A stretch of 63,835 nt of DNA from a virus (Duplodnaviria > Caudoviricetes): positions 1 to 63,835 of IMG/VR virus record IMGVR_UViG_3300042922_000736; one strand, 5' to 3'. The translations under genes and the position numbers were made by a program. Below the pieces are notes generated by a model. That model was not told where the DNA came from, ran no database searches, and saw nothing but the letters and a program-made list of their open reading frames with translations. Positions 28,057 to 38,052 of this stretch are shown one piece after another (within the stretch, counting starts at the first letter, position 1; every line of letters begins with the position of its first letter).

Positions 28057-29676
28057 TTACAGGGAGAGAATCGAGAACTCTGGGTCGTCCCAGGGGGAGG
28101 TGGTCGCTGGGTTGGCCGCCACTTCCCGCGCCTTCAGCCCCAGCGCCATGGCCGTGGCCACCGCGCCATCGATGCGGAACCGCGTCTTGGACTTGTCGAG
28201 CTTGCGATTGCCGGACGGATCCTGCACCACAATTGCGTTGGCGAAGCAGAAGCCGAGCACCGGGTTGCCGTTGTGCCCCAGCCGCCGGTGAACCACCGAC
28301 GCCTCAAGCGCCTCGACGGCCGGCGACATGTCGCGGAAGCCCTGCCCCCACGGAATGAGCCGGATGCCCTCACCAGCAGCGTCCTTGCCGTCGATGTAGG
28401 CGCCTATGCCGAGCCGCTGGAACTCGACGAGCAACTGCTCGATGCGCCAGCGGTCATAGGCCAGGCCAAGGATGTTGTACTCGTCGCGCAGTTCGCCGAT
28501 GCGGCGCGCTACGTAGGAGTAATCCACAGCGCGACCTGGCGGCGTCTCGAGCCAACCGTCGGAGGCCCATACATCATACGGCGCGCGGTCGCGGCGGGCG
28601 TGGTCGTTCAGGAACTCTTTCGGCTTCCAGAACCACGCGCCGATGCGCTCCTCGCCCGGCTCCGCTGACGTGCCCACCAGGGCCGTCAGATCGTGCACGC
28701 CGGACAGGTCGAGCGCGAGATAGATGCCCTCGCCGGGCACCAGCGTCTTGCCGGTCTGGCACGCCTTCCATTCCGAGCGTGCAATGAGCGGCGTCTGCTG
28801 GTCGACGCGCTGATTCAGGTACAGGTTGCGGAACGCCGCTTCCTTCGACTTCTGGCGATCGGCCTCGTCGGCGAGCGCGGCTAGGTCTTCCAACGAGCGG
28901 AAATCGCCCAGCGCCGGGTTCGCCGCGGCCCAGGCATCCTTGTCCAGGATGTCGGCCTCGTCGTCGGCGCAATACAGATGCACCAGGATGCGGTCGTCGT
29001 TCGCCACCAGCCCGTCGTCGATCAGCTTCGACAGCGGATGCTCCGGGTCTGGTGACTGCGTCGAGATAACCAGCCCCAGCGGTTCCTGCCGCGCGCCCTG
29101 GGACGTGTTGAGCACATCGTAGAGCTCGGAATTGCGCGACTGCGCGAGCTCGTCGTAGATCCACACCGACGGGTTCAGGCCGTGCTTTGTGCCGGCGTCG
29201 GCCGACAGGGCGCGGTAGAACGAGCCGTTCGACTTGCACACCACCGTCTTAGTCGATGGCACGATGGTCAGGATCTGCGCCAGTTCCTCGTCGGCCTCAA
29301 CCAGCTGCCGGATGAACTTGAACACCTGGCCGGCCTGCTCGCGGTCGTTCGCCGCGGAGTAAATTTCGCCGTTCAGGATGGCTTCCGGGCCAATTAGGTG
29401 CGCCAGCGCGATGGCCGCGATTATCGCGGTCTTCCCGTTCTTACGAGCCACCGACAGGATGGCCCGCCGCACTTTTCGGTTTGCGCCCTTGTGCGGTGCG
29501 TACAGGTCGATGATGAACTGCTTCTGCCAAGGGCGAAGCTTCAGCAGGCCGCCCTGCCCCTCGCCGGACGGCACCTTCAGCAGTTCGATGAAGTCGATGA
29601 CACGCTGAGCGCGAGCCAAACCGGCTTTGGTGACGCCGTCTCCCCGGCGCGCCCATTCGGGCCGTTGCACGGCCAT
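28057..29676 (-). CDS. terL: Terminase large subunit
   Basis: ARKNGKT, YDELAQ, IST, LDLS, IDGAVA. Confidence 0.95.
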   Translation of the reverse strand: MAVQRPEWARRGDGVTKAGLARAQRVIDFIELLKVPSGEGQGGLLKLRPWQKQFIIDLYAPHKGANRKVRRAILSVARKNGKTAIIAAIALAHLIGPEAILNGEIYSAANDREQAGQVFKFIRQLVEADEELAQILTIVPSTKTVVCKSNGSFYRALSADAGTKHGLNPSVWIYDELAQSRNSELYDVLNTSQGARQEPLGLVISTQSPDPEHPLSKLIDDGLVANDDRILVHLYCADDEADILDKDAWAAANPALGDFRSLEDLAALADEADRQKSKEAAFRNLYLNQRVDQQTPLIARSEWKACQTGKTLVPGEGIYLALDLSGVHDLTALVGTSAEPGEERIGAWFWKPKEFLNDHARRDRAPYDVWASDGWLETPPGRAVDYSYVARRIGELRDEYNILGLAYDRWRIEQLLVEFQRLGIGAYIDGKDAAGEGIRLIPWGQGFRDMSPAVEALEASVVHRRLGHNGNPVLGFCFANAIVVQDPSGNRKLDKSKTRFRIDGAVATAMALGLKAREVAANPATTSPWDDPEFSILSL

Positions 29677-29685
29677 ACGCTAATC

Positions 29686-30144
29686 CTACTTGCCGCCGAT
29701 GAGGCCGGCGAACTTGCTCTTTGGCTTTTCCGCCTTCGGCGTCAGCGCCGATCGCGCCTTCGGGTCCAGCCCAAGGCGATCGCCCATCGACATCATGATG
29801 CGGGCCGCCTCGTTGCGGATCTTGAACCAGGGGTTCGGCACCAGATTCCCGGTCGCGCCAGGCACCAGCGGCGGCTCAACCTTCAGCGCCTCAGTCGCGC
29901 GCTTGTGGTCCGCCCAGGCCACGGCGTAAATCGAGATGCCACCCGCGTCGGTCGAGGCGTAGGTCTGCGGCGGCATCGCCGAGACAATCATCTCGAAGCA
30001 ATCGCGCGCGTCGCCCTCAAGATAGTTCGGAATATACACGTCGCCGGCGGGCCGTGTTGACGGCGCTCGCTGCTTTCGCTTTCCGGGATTGCCCTTTAGC
30101 GCCTGCATTTCCGGCGTTTCGGGGCGCGGACCTCTTGCGCCCAT
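29686..30144 (-). CDS. terS: Terminase small subunit, P27 family
   Basis: RGP...LKGNPGKR, NPW, LGLDPKAR. Confidence 0.9.
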   Translation of the reverse strand: MGARGPRPETPEMQALKGNPGKRKQRAPSTRPAGDVYIPNYLEGDARDCFEMIVSAMPPQTYASTDAGGISIYAVAWADHKRATEALKVEPPLVPGATGNLVPNPWFKIRNEAARIMMSMGDRLGLDPKARSALTPKAEKPKSKFAGLIGGK

Positions 30145-30149
30145 AAGTG

Positions 30150-30460
30150 ATTCCTGCTAGTATTCAAAAATCGGCGTTGAGCGTTGCTCCGCCGCAAAAC
30201 TTAGCGCCAAAAAATAAATCTCGAAACCTGCGGGATTTAATACACGACTGGGGCCGCCGGTAGTAGGGTCAAACGCCCTAGAAAATCGACCCACCCCCTC
30301 CTGTTGCAAAAATGTCACGTGATATTTCTGCAACACGAAAGAATGTTGCTTAAAACGACCTCGAAACGCAATATTCTTTCGTCTGGCGTGTGGCATGTGG
30401 TATACCACCGATCCCCTGCCCGACACGCGCGAAATCTTATATAACTATCAATGACTTATA
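30150..30460. other. Probable cos/packaging region
   Basis: AT-richer intergenic stretch between the HNH and terS genes, the usual cos position in HK97-like phages; cut site not identified. Confidence 0.45.
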
Positions 30461-30469
30461 TGGTTGGCC

Positions 30470-30622
30470 TTACTTTGTTGCCTTGTGATCGGCAACCTTC
30501 GCCTTGACGCTCTCGAAGACGTCTTTGACCGCAGCCTTCGCCACCTCAGTGTCGCCTTTGACTGCCGCCTTGGCAGCCTGCACCACTGCACGCCTTGCCT
30601 TGCCGCAGTGGTGACAGGCCAT
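30470..30622 (-). CDS. Small Ala/Lys-rich protein (50 aa)
   Basis: MACHHCGKARRAVV...; AGGAG ribosome-binding site. Confidence 0.5.
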   Translation of the reverse strand: MACHHCGKARRAVVQAAKAAVKGDTEVAKAAVKDVFESVKAKVADHKATK

Positions 30623-30623
30623 G

Positions 30624-30953
30624 TCAGTCTCCTATGGGCCATCCATCAGGGCCGAACTGCACGAACGTGCCCCGCTCCATCGCGCTCTTGTCCCTGTCGT
30701 GGTGCGTCTTGCACAACGACTGCAGGTTGCCAGCGTCGAAGAACAGCGCCTCCGCCCCGCGATGCGGGCGCACATGGTCCACCACCGTGGCCTCGGTAAC
30801 GATGTCATCGGCTAGGCACATGCAGCACAGGGGCTGCTCTGCTAGCGCCATGCTGCGCAGGCGCTTCCACCGTGCCGTGTCGTACAGCTTGCGGTACTGG
30901 CCAGCCTCTGCGCTGCGTTGGTCAGTGCAGCGTCTCGCCGTCTTCGTTGGCAT
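30624..30953 (-). CDS. Packaging-associated HNH endonuclease
   Basis: PLCCMC, VDHVRPH, NLQSLCKTHH; start uncertain. Confidence 0.85.
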   Translation of the reverse strand: MPTKTARRCTDQRSAEAGQYRKLYDTARWKRLRSMALAEQPLCCMCLADDIVTEATVVDHVRPHRGAEALFFDAGNLQSLCKTHHDRDKSAMERGTFVQFGPDGWPIGD

Positions 30954-31146
30954 ACAGCACGTCGTCCTCTTCCTCGTCGAGGCAGAACAGCGCCTCAACC
31001 GGGAACAGCGCCTGCTGTAGCTGCTCGCCGATGAACCACGCCACGAGCGAATAGCCGTCCTTGCCGCCAATCACGGTCATGGCCGGGCCACCGGAGACCA
31101 GAGCAACCTGGGTGCCGTTGTCGTAGCTGGCGACGTCCGGGAACAT
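30922..31146 (-). CDS. YodC/DUF2158-like protein
   Basis: LVSGGPAMTV...WF...FPVEAL. Confidence 0.75.
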   Translation of the reverse strand: MFPDVASYDNGTQVALVSGGPAMTVIGGKDGYSLVAWFIGEQLQQALFPVEALFCLDEEEDDVLYANEDGETLH

Positions 31147-31495
31147 GCCCCAGTGCGAGAGGGATTCTTCGCTCAAGTCTTGCTCCTCTTGAGAACGCTG
31201 CGGACGGCGCACCAGATCATGATGCAGCCCAGGGCTACGAAGGCGTTGAACCACATCGCTGGCGCCTACATGCCAGCCGGAACGGCATCATCCGGCGGGA
31301 TGGGCCAAGCCCAGCTGCCGGAAGGCGTCACCACCGTGACGAACTTGCGCGAGCCGAAGATCGGGTTGCTGGTCAGGAAGCGCCCGATGGTAGCGCTACA
31401 GCGTAGGACCATGAGGCACCTGCAGCGTGACGGCGCCATAGCCGACGGCCATGAGCCAGAACCAGAGGGCGAAGGCGGGGAGCATGTCGGGCGGC

Positions 31496-31816
31496 CTAAG
31501 AGAAAACATAGCCCGCCCTGACGGCCTCGCTAGCAGCCTTCATGCGAGGTTCATCAAAGTATCGATGTGTAGATTCTCCAGTTGCCAACTTGGCCGAATG
31601 CCAATTGGCGGGAGGAACACCAAGCCGCTTTTGCCTGGCTTTATTGAACTCAAAAGACGACCCGAACCAGGCATTTATCTCCCGCAGCAGAAGATCTCGA
31701 TTTTCCCGCTCGGCGACTTCTTCCGCTTCCATGAAGCGCGACATGCGAACGTCGTATCGATGCTGCTTGTCGCGCGCCAGGGCTATGGCGCGCTGTAAAT
31801 CGTTGAGTCCACCCAT
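31496..31816 (-). CDS. Hypothetical protein
   Basis: 106-aa ORF in operon orientation. Confidence 0.45.
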   Translation of the reverse strand: MGGLNDLQRAIALARDKQHRYDVRMSRFMEAEEVAERENRDLLLREINAWFGSSFEFNKARQKRLGVPPANWHSAKLATGESTHRYFDEPRMKAASEAVRAGYVFS

Positions 31817-31921
31817 CGCCCTACTTCGCCCCGGCAGCCCTAAGCATGGCTTCGGCGGTGCGAATGACGGCGTTCCAGAAGTAGGTCATGGGTGGATCCT
31901 CGTTTGGATGGGGTGACGAAC

Positions 31922-31993
31922 TGGAGCGGCCACCCGGAATCGAACCGGGCTTCGCAGGTTGGAAGCCTGTTGCCTCGCCATGAGGACAGCCGC
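31922..31993 (-). tRNA. Phage tRNA-Gly(TCC) with atypical D arm
   Basis: Minus strand GCGGCTG...CAGG CTTCCAA CCTG...CCCGG TTCGATT CCGGG TGGCCGC TCCA; 72 nt. Confidence 0.75.
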
Positions 31994-32461
31994 GAAATGC
32001 TTCGACGTGGGCTCCCATGCGGTGAGCCTATGACCAGCAAGAGCCGAAGCTCCGGTGCTGCACGTCGATCGAAGAGTGGAACAGGTGAACGTTGTCCGGC
32101 GAAGCCGTCGTCCATACCCCTGTACGCCACTCGCTCGCTGGCCTAGGACCCCAGCGGCCCGGTTTATACCCGGTGACTTCGTTGCCCCCGCTGGGCAATC
32201 CAAACGCGCCGGGACCCGCACCCGCCTCAGCAGGGGATCCCGGCGCAGTCATCGCGGCGGAGGAGAGCGCCAGCGATGATGGGTAGACGCAGCCGGCTTA
32301 TTCCGTTCGGCGTGCCTACTAGGGGCCAGCGCTGGACACTGCGTCTATAGGAATGGGGCGGCTCCAGAGGTGGCCCTTAGTCAGCGGCGCACTGGACGGC
32401 ATTCACCCCAAGCGGTAGGAGCATCAAGCTCCAATTTCATACCTTCACTTTAACCGCTTGG
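31994..32461 (-). ncRNA. Putative large structured RNA in the late leader
   Basis: Five or more 7-9 bp perfect stems enclosing sub-hairpins; no convincing ORF. Confidence 0.45.
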
Positions 32462-32527
32462 TCGTGTGTTCGAATTGTGGCAGTCGCTAATTCTGCTTTA
32501 TCTGCAATTACTTGGGTATAGCTCCAA

Positions 32528-33445
32528 TCACGCTGCTTTTGGCACGTCTTCGTATTTCAGGTGCCCAAGCTGCGTTGCGATGGTGTAGAGCGCCATGATA
32601 GCGACCGCTTTTGCCGTCGCTTCGGCTCGCGCCTTGCCGTTTGAACCGAGCTCGCGTCCGACCACCTCGAGCGTCGCGCCGTCGATGCACAGCCGCTCGA
32701 AGGGCTCGACAACGGGGCCGAGCGCCGCCTTGATCCGTGCCAGCCGTCGCTGGTTGTCGATCATGGCATTCACCCGCTCGTCGCCGCGCCACGGCTTCGG
32801 AACCGGAGCCGCGGGCCGCATCGTGGTTTCCGTGGTGCTGGTCTTCTGCACCGGCGGCATCTCGCTGGCATAGCCCGCCGCGGTAATCTTGCGCTCGCCC
32901 TTGTACACCAGCGCCCCATCGGGACGGACCCAGGTGCGCTGGTCGATCTGCACCGGCTCGAAGCCGAGCGAGGAGCCGCCCAGCAGGGCCTGGCTATTCG
33001 CGCTCGACTCGATCCGACGATAGGCCATGGCGTACTTCAGCAAGTGGCGCTTGTCGTCGTCGAGCAGGGCACGGGCCAGGGGCCACCCATTGTCGTTGTC
33101 AGGCTTGCCGTCCCAGTCCTCGCCGAGGATCTGGCGGTGGCGCGCTCGCGCCCCGGCCCTGCGGCAGGACTTGGCCTCGGCCTTCTCCACCGCGGCCTTC
33201 TCCTTGCGATGACGGTTGGCCAACTCCGCAGATGCCGCAGCAAGCTCGGGATTGGCCTCGCGCCACTTGGGTTTGGCGGGGGTGGCATCGGTAGGCACGT
33301 TGTCGTTGTCAGCGTCGCACACGGCGGGCTCCTGTGGGGATTGCGGGGTATGCGCGCTGTCGTGTTTCTGACGGATAGGTAGTGTTTTGACCGCTATGGC
33401 GCTAGGAAAGCGCGCCGGTATCTGCAGATGTCGCGAGCTATGCAC
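32528..33445 (-). CDS. Putative late-gene regulator
   Basis: C-terminal HTH-like IDGATLEVVGRELG; sits at the Q-like position. Confidence 0.5.
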   Translation of the reverse strand: MHSSRHLQIPARFPSAIAVKTLPIRQKHDSAHTPQSPQEPAVCDADNDNVPTDATPAKPKWREANPELAAASAELANRHRKEKAAVEKAEAKSCRRAGARARHRQILGEDWDGKPDNDNGWPLARALLDDDKRHLLKYAMAYRRIESSANSQALLGGSSLGFEPVQIDQRTWVRPDGALVYKGERKITAAGYASEMPPVQKTSTTETTMRPAAPVPKPWRGDERVNAMIDNQRRLARIKAALGPVVEPFERLCIDGATLEVVGRELGSNGKARAEATAKAVAIMALYTIATQLGHLKYEDVPKAA

Positions 33446-33947
33446 AGGCTGCTAGCGGGGCGTTATCGTTGGCAGCCCCACCAACGCCCGCCGCCAGCCA
33501 CTCCTCCACCGTCGCCTCGACGAGGTCGGCGCACTCCTCCGGCGTTGTGGCGTGGATCGTCACCACCACGTAGCCCAGGCCGATGAGGAGGGCGTGCCGG
33601 TCAATCTGCTCCTCACTCACCTTGCCCTTCTCGGCCTTGAGCTCAATCATCAGTAGCCGGCCGTGGCTGGCATAGATCCGCAAGTCCGGGTCGCCCGCCG
33701 CAATCCCGGTGGCCTTGGCGATGGTCGCCTCCCGCGGGCTGCGGCGAGCCGCGTTGAAATCGCCGGCCAGAGTGAACGCGCCGGGCATGACGGCAGAGGC
33801 GGCATAGTCCGGCCTAGCGCGCAAGCGGCGCACAGCCTCGGCCTGCAGTCGCCACTCCAGGTCCGGCGCCGAGGCCGTGCTGGTCGTCACGACCTTCGTG
33901 CCGTTCGCCGTGGTGCGGGTGCGCTTGCGGGTGACGGTGCGGGGCAT
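33438..33947 (-). CDS. VRR-NUC nuclease
   Basis: EWRLQ, GDPDL, IELKAEKGKVSEEQ. Confidence 0.85.
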   Translation of the reverse strand: MPRTVTRKRTRTTANGTKVVTTSTASAPDLEWRLQAEAVRRLRARPDYAASAVMPGAFTLAGDFNAARRSPREATIAKATGIAAGDPDLRIYASHGRLLMIELKAEKGKVSEEQIDRHALLIGLGYVVVTIHATTPEECADLVEATVEEWLAAGVGGAANDNAPLAACA

Positions 33948-34000
33948 GGGGAGAGTCCTCGGTTGCGCTGCTCGGCATATTGCAACCGAGCTACCAAAAA

Positions 34001-34212
34001 ACCGAGCGTGTAAATATATACTCCCTCCCCGGATTCATCACCCAAATAGGAAGAAATATATATGTATTGTGTTTTTACACGCTCTATATATATGTTATTG
34101 ATATTGTTGAAGAAATGGCGTGCAAATTTTTTGCACGCTCGTTGCACGCTCCGCACGCTCGCCGACGAGAGCGTGCAAAACAGGCCGAGCGTGCAAAATG
34201 AAATGCACGCTC
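34001..34212. repeat. Putative replication origin (CACGCTC iterons plus AT-rich tract)
   Basis: About 9 direct and inverted (TG)CACGC(TC) copies with a TATATA-rich segment right after the primase gene. Confidence 0.6.
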
Positions 34213-36558
34213 TTACGCGGCCTGTTTTAGGCGTATTCTGACACCGTTGGCCGACGCCTCCGGCGCGTGGATATCGCCCGCCAGCGTGAGACGCTCCAGG
34301 GCGGATTTCACCATCCTGTCGTCGGCCTTTGAGATGCCCTTGCGGCGCACGAGATGGGACAGCCGCATGGTGCCGTCCTCGGCCCGCCGCAGATTGGCGA
34401 CGATAGCCTTGCATAGCTCTTCGAACTGCGAGCCGGCCATATAGTCCGCGATGCCCGCGTCGATGCAGTCTATGGAGCGCTGTACGATGCCATAGCCCCA
34501 CTCCACATCGTCAACATCCACCGACGGCTTAGACGGGTCTCGCGACAGTGCGCGTATCGTCGCCAACTTGATGACGTGCTCTGCCGTTCGGCCCATCAGC
34601 CCCTCGTGGGCGCCATGGTCCTCAATTTGGGATATCTGCCAGTCTTCAATGGACAGCCAGCGCCGCTCTGCCTCGGTACTGGCCCACGGCACCGTGTAGA
34701 GCGTCGGACGCATCACCGCGTTGCGCCAGTTCACCTTGGCCACCGTACCGCCTGGCAATGCCTCGTGAGCCTTGCTGATGGCATCGATAAGCGAGGGCGG
34801 CGTTATCTGCTGCGGGGGTGCGTCCTGCCGTTCTGGGCGCTGCTTGACCTCCACGACGATGAGGCGGGCAATGAAGCCGTCCGACAGGGTCTCCTCGGTC
34901 AGGCCGCGATAGAACGTGGTTGGCGTCGACATGCCAAGGAGGGACACCGTAGGGCAATGAATCGGCTCAGTTGACGACATGCGCTGAGGATCCGCGTGCT
35001 CCTTCCCAGACCATACGCCGTTGGACTTCGAGAACACCTCGAGGAGCACCTTGCGGATGGTCTTGGCCCACGCCGAGGATCCATTGCCAGTGACGGACTG
35101 GAGCACGACGCCCATTTCGTCCCACGGCATCACGAAGACCGGATTGGAGCGGCACACCTTCTCGATCGCGCTGCCGGATGTCACCTCGCCGGGACCGATT
35201 AGGTATTGCTTGCGCGTGTCCATGGCTAGGGTGTGGAGCGACTTCTGGGGGTGCTCCTTGCCAAAGCCTGGGCCGGCAATGCCGACCATGTACGTGTTCA
35301 GCCCAGCACCAGTCGGCCCTATGGCCTGCCTTCCGAACATCGTGCCGACGAATGAGGCCGCGGCCATCACCGCAAATTCCGGCACGGGCCGACGGCCGGT
35401 GTCCATGATCCACTGCGAAATCAGTTCGATGAGTCCGCCGGCGACCTCCGGGGAGAACGGATCAAGCTTTGCCCGCGGCGCGCGCACCGGGGCGATTTCT
35501 ACCACGTCGTCGTCGGGCGCTGCCGGGACGATTTGCTGCGGCTGCACAACCGCGATGTCGGCGCGGGCTGCGTTGGCCTTGGCGCTCAAGATGGCGGCGC
35601 TACGCATAGCCCCAAGGGTCCACTTGTCCTCCTTCGGGGCGAACCCTGTTCGCTCGATAAGCCACTTATAGGCAACCTCGTGATACGAGGTGCAGTTGGC
35701 CGCCATGACCAGGTCGATGGGAGTGTAGGGGCGGCTCGCGCCCCAATCCGTGATGCCGTCGGGGTGAATGCCGACGTTGAAATTCTCCACCCCTCGCCAG
35801 AAGGCTCGCGCTCTGTAAGTGCCATCGCGCTGGCGCTTGGCCTCCCGCCCGAAAAGATCAGGTACCCACATGTCGAGGTGCTCGAGCGCGTGGCTGTTCG
35901 CTTCGCGCCAGATGGTGTCGCCGAATATCTCCTCACCAGACCGCCTAGCCTGGCGATGCTCCTGCACCGTTCCGAACGGGCGCAGCGCATCCGCCAGCCT
36001 GTCGGCGATATCGTCCGGCAGCTCCGGCAATTTGTCGATGGGCGTATCCATCAACGTGTCGTCGGTCAGCCACTCGTAAGGCTTACCCGTGTCGGGGTGC
36101 AGCGTCGGCGGGAGGACCGTTTGGCGGCCGTGGGCGAGCAGGTCGATGACGCGGCTCTCAAAGCCGCCCGGCAATATGAGATTGAACGGCCTGTTGACGA
36201 TGGCCTCAGAGCCGCGGAAAAACGCGCTATATCCCTTGTTGCCGCGCTTCTTCACGGTGTCTGTCGTCGGCAGCACAGCTTCGATCGCCGCACGCAATTC
36301 AGCGTCGTCGGTATCCAGGTCGATGACCTTCAGTGCCTTGTCGATGGCCACGCAGACGCCGGCGTCCTCCCATCGGGACCAAATGTTGGTCTCTATTTCG
36401 GTCGGCAGACGGTCGCAGAACCGGCTCCAGTCCATGTCGCCGTACCACTGGCCATTCGACATAGATCCTGGGCGCTTGCTGCCGGGCATCACGGGGATGG
36501 CGGCATAACCCATGTCTACGAGCTCGGCGCCGCAGCGGGAATAGGGGGAGTTGGTCAT
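34213..36558 (-). CDS. Bifunctional primase-polymerase with C-terminal helicase-like (DUF3987-type) domain
   Basis: GYAAIPV.PGSKRP, IDLD, VLPPTLHPDTGKPY; GPGFGKE, DEMG, DGFIAR. Confidence 0.85.
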   Translation of the reverse strand: MTNSPYSRCGAELVDMGYAAIPVMPGSKRPGSMSNGQWYGDMDWSRFCDRLPTEIETNIWSRWEDAGVCVAIDKALKVIDLDTDDAELRAAIEAVLPTTDTVKKRGNKGYSAFFRGSEAIVNRPFNLILPGGFESRVIDLLAHGRQTVLPPTLHPDTGKPYEWLTDDTLMDTPIDKLPELPDDIADRLADALRPFGTVQEHRQARRSGEEIFGDTIWREANSHALEHLDMWVPDLFGREAKRQRDGTYRARAFWRGVENFNVGIHPDGITDWGASRPYTPIDLVMAANCTSYHEVAYKWLIERTGFAPKEDKWTLGAMRSAAILSAKANAARADIAVVQPQQIVPAAPDDDVVEIAPVRAPRAKLDPFSPEVAGGLIELISQWIMDTGRRPVPEFAVMAAASFVGTMFGRQAIGPTGAGLNTYMVGIAGPGFGKEHPQKSLHTLAMDTRKQYLIGPGEVTSGSAIEKVCRSNPVFVMPWDEMGVVLQSVTGNGSSAWAKTIRKVLLEVFSKSNGVWSGKEHADPQRMSSTEPIHCPTVSLLGMSTPTTFYRGLTEETLSDGFIARLIVVEVKQRPERQDAPPQQITPPSLIDAISKAHEALPGGTVAKVNWRNAVMRPTLYTVPWASTEAERRWLSIEDWQISQIEDHGAHEGLMGRTAEHVIKLATIRALSRDPSKPSVDVDDVEWGYGIVQRSIDCIDAGIADYMAGSQFEELCKAIVANLRRAEDGTMRLSHLVRRKGISKADDRMVKSALERLTLAGDIHAPEASANGVRIRLKQAA

Positions 36559-36578
36559 GGTGGCATTGCCGCCGAGCA

Positions 36579-36992
36579 TTACGCGGCCCTCTTGGCTGAC
36601 ATATTCGGGGTAACGATGCGATGCCACTCGGCGTGGCACTTGCGGCACAAATGACTAGTCGGCCATTCGTTAGAGTCCTCGAATAGGTGAGAGGGCGCCC
36701 AATGGTGTACTTCTGACCCTTCCATTGAGCCGCATCTCTCACATGGCGTGATTTGGTGTGCCCTTAGAACGGGAATTAGTTCGTCATCGAGGCCGATTAT
36801 CTGCTCGTACGGCAAGTCCGTCCCCTTGCCGCCGCACTCTGGGCAAAAGGCTTTGTATTGAACAGACCCGCTCGAACAGATGATCTTCCCCAGGTGGGCA
36901 TACTTCATTGAACCGCTGCACCGCGCCCGATGCATTGGCCTCTTGTTCCACGGAAGATCATCTAAGTTGGCGGTGTACGCGGATTCCATCAA
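36579..36992 (-). CDS. Zinc-finger / HNH-like protein
   Basis: CPEC, CERC..EVHH...LCRKCHAEWH. Confidence 0.6.
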   Translation of the reverse strand: MMESAYTANLDDLPWNKRPMHRARCSGSMKYAHLGKIICSSGSVQYKAFCPECGGKGTDLPYEQIIGLDDELIPVLRAHQITPCERCGSMEGSEVHHWAPSHLFEDSNEWPTSHLCRKCHAEWHRIVTPNMSAKRAA

Positions 36993-37360
36993 AACGGACT
37001 TTCATGCTTCAGCGTCGTCACCAGCGCCTCGCGGCGCCCGGCCTCGACACGCTCCAGGAATTCGAACCACTCGTCCTCCGTCAGGCTGGCGAGGTCCGTC
37101 TTTCCGATCTCGTCGAGATACGCCCCGCCGGCTTCGCCGCCCTCGTGGACGGCCAGGCGCTCGATGCGGGTAAGCTTGGGCTGAGGCATGCGATACGTGT
37201 CCCTTGCGAGTGGGATGCAGTCGGTGTCGTCACAGAGCCAGGCGACGGGGTCTGGCGGGTGGTATGGCCACGCTGGTGGCGGAGCCCAACCAAGACCAAC
37301 GCCGGGTCGGCCACAGACGGCGCAGATGAGGTAGTTGTTGAGGCGCTGGGGGGCGGTCAT
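36989..37360 (-). CDS. Replication-associated hypothetical protein (DUF6511-like)
   Basis: CAVC; GGEAGGAYLDEIGKTDLA. Confidence 0.6.
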   Translation of the reverse strand: MTAPQRLNNYLICAVCGRPGVGLGWAPPPAWPYHPPDPVAWLCDDTDCIPLARDTYRMPQPKLTRIERLAVHEGGEAGGAYLDEIGKTDLASLTEDEWFEFLERVEAGRREALVTTLKHESPF

Positions 37361-38052
37361 GCGGCGTCACCAAAGAGCGATGCGGTGACGGTGTTGTCGT
37401 TGGCGGGTGCGGCGGCGACGAACATGTCGGGCTGCTTGTAGGCGTCCGCAATGCGGCGGCAAGCGACTTCGAAGTATGTCGGCTCGCGCTCTATGCCTAT
37501 GAACTTGCGGCCAGCCTTGACGCATGCAACGCCCGTGGTTCCTGAGCCCATGAAGGGGTCTAGGATGGTGGTGGCGCCCTTAACGAAACCGAGGCACCAC
37601 GCCATCAACTCTATAGGCTTTTGCGTTGGGTGTTCTTTTCCGTCGTTTTTTGCCTTCGCTCTAGCATAGGTGAATATGCGGGCCGCCTTCTGCTGCGAAG
37701 ACCATGCAAACTCACAGTCCGCAAGAGAAAAGTTTCTCTGCCCTTTATCCCAGACCAGCCACTGCATGGTGGGGGCAAGATAGTCTGTAAAATAATTACC
37801 GCCCCATATTATCTGATGCTTAGAGGCCGAGATAATAGCATCGAATACTTCCTTTGAGGGGCGCTCGGCATCCCATGATACGTTCTCCCGCCACGGCCCC
37901 CACCCGTGGCTCGCGCTGAAGCCGCCCGATCGGCCGTAGTCGATCCCATACGGCGGGTCCGTCACAACCGCATCAACACGACCAAGCGTCGGCATCACTT
38001 CCATGCAGTCGCCGAGATACAGCGTGCAATCACCAATCTGCTCTACGCGCAT
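37357..38052 (-). CDS. DNA N6-adenine/N4-cytosine methyltransferase (beta class)
   Basis: DPPY, HPTQKP, LDPFMGSGTT. Confidence 0.92.
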   Translation of the reverse strand: MRVEQIGDCTLYLGDCMEVMPTLGRVDAVVTDPPYGIDYGRSGGFSASHGWGPWRENVSWDAERPSKEVFDAIISASKHQIIWGGNYFTDYLAPTMQWLVWDKGQRNFSLADCEFAWSSQQKAARIFTYARAKAKNDGKEHPTQKPIELMAWCLGFVKGATTILDPFMGSGTTGVACVKAGRKFIGIEREPTYFEVACRRIADAYKQPDMFVAAAPANDNTVTASLFGDAA

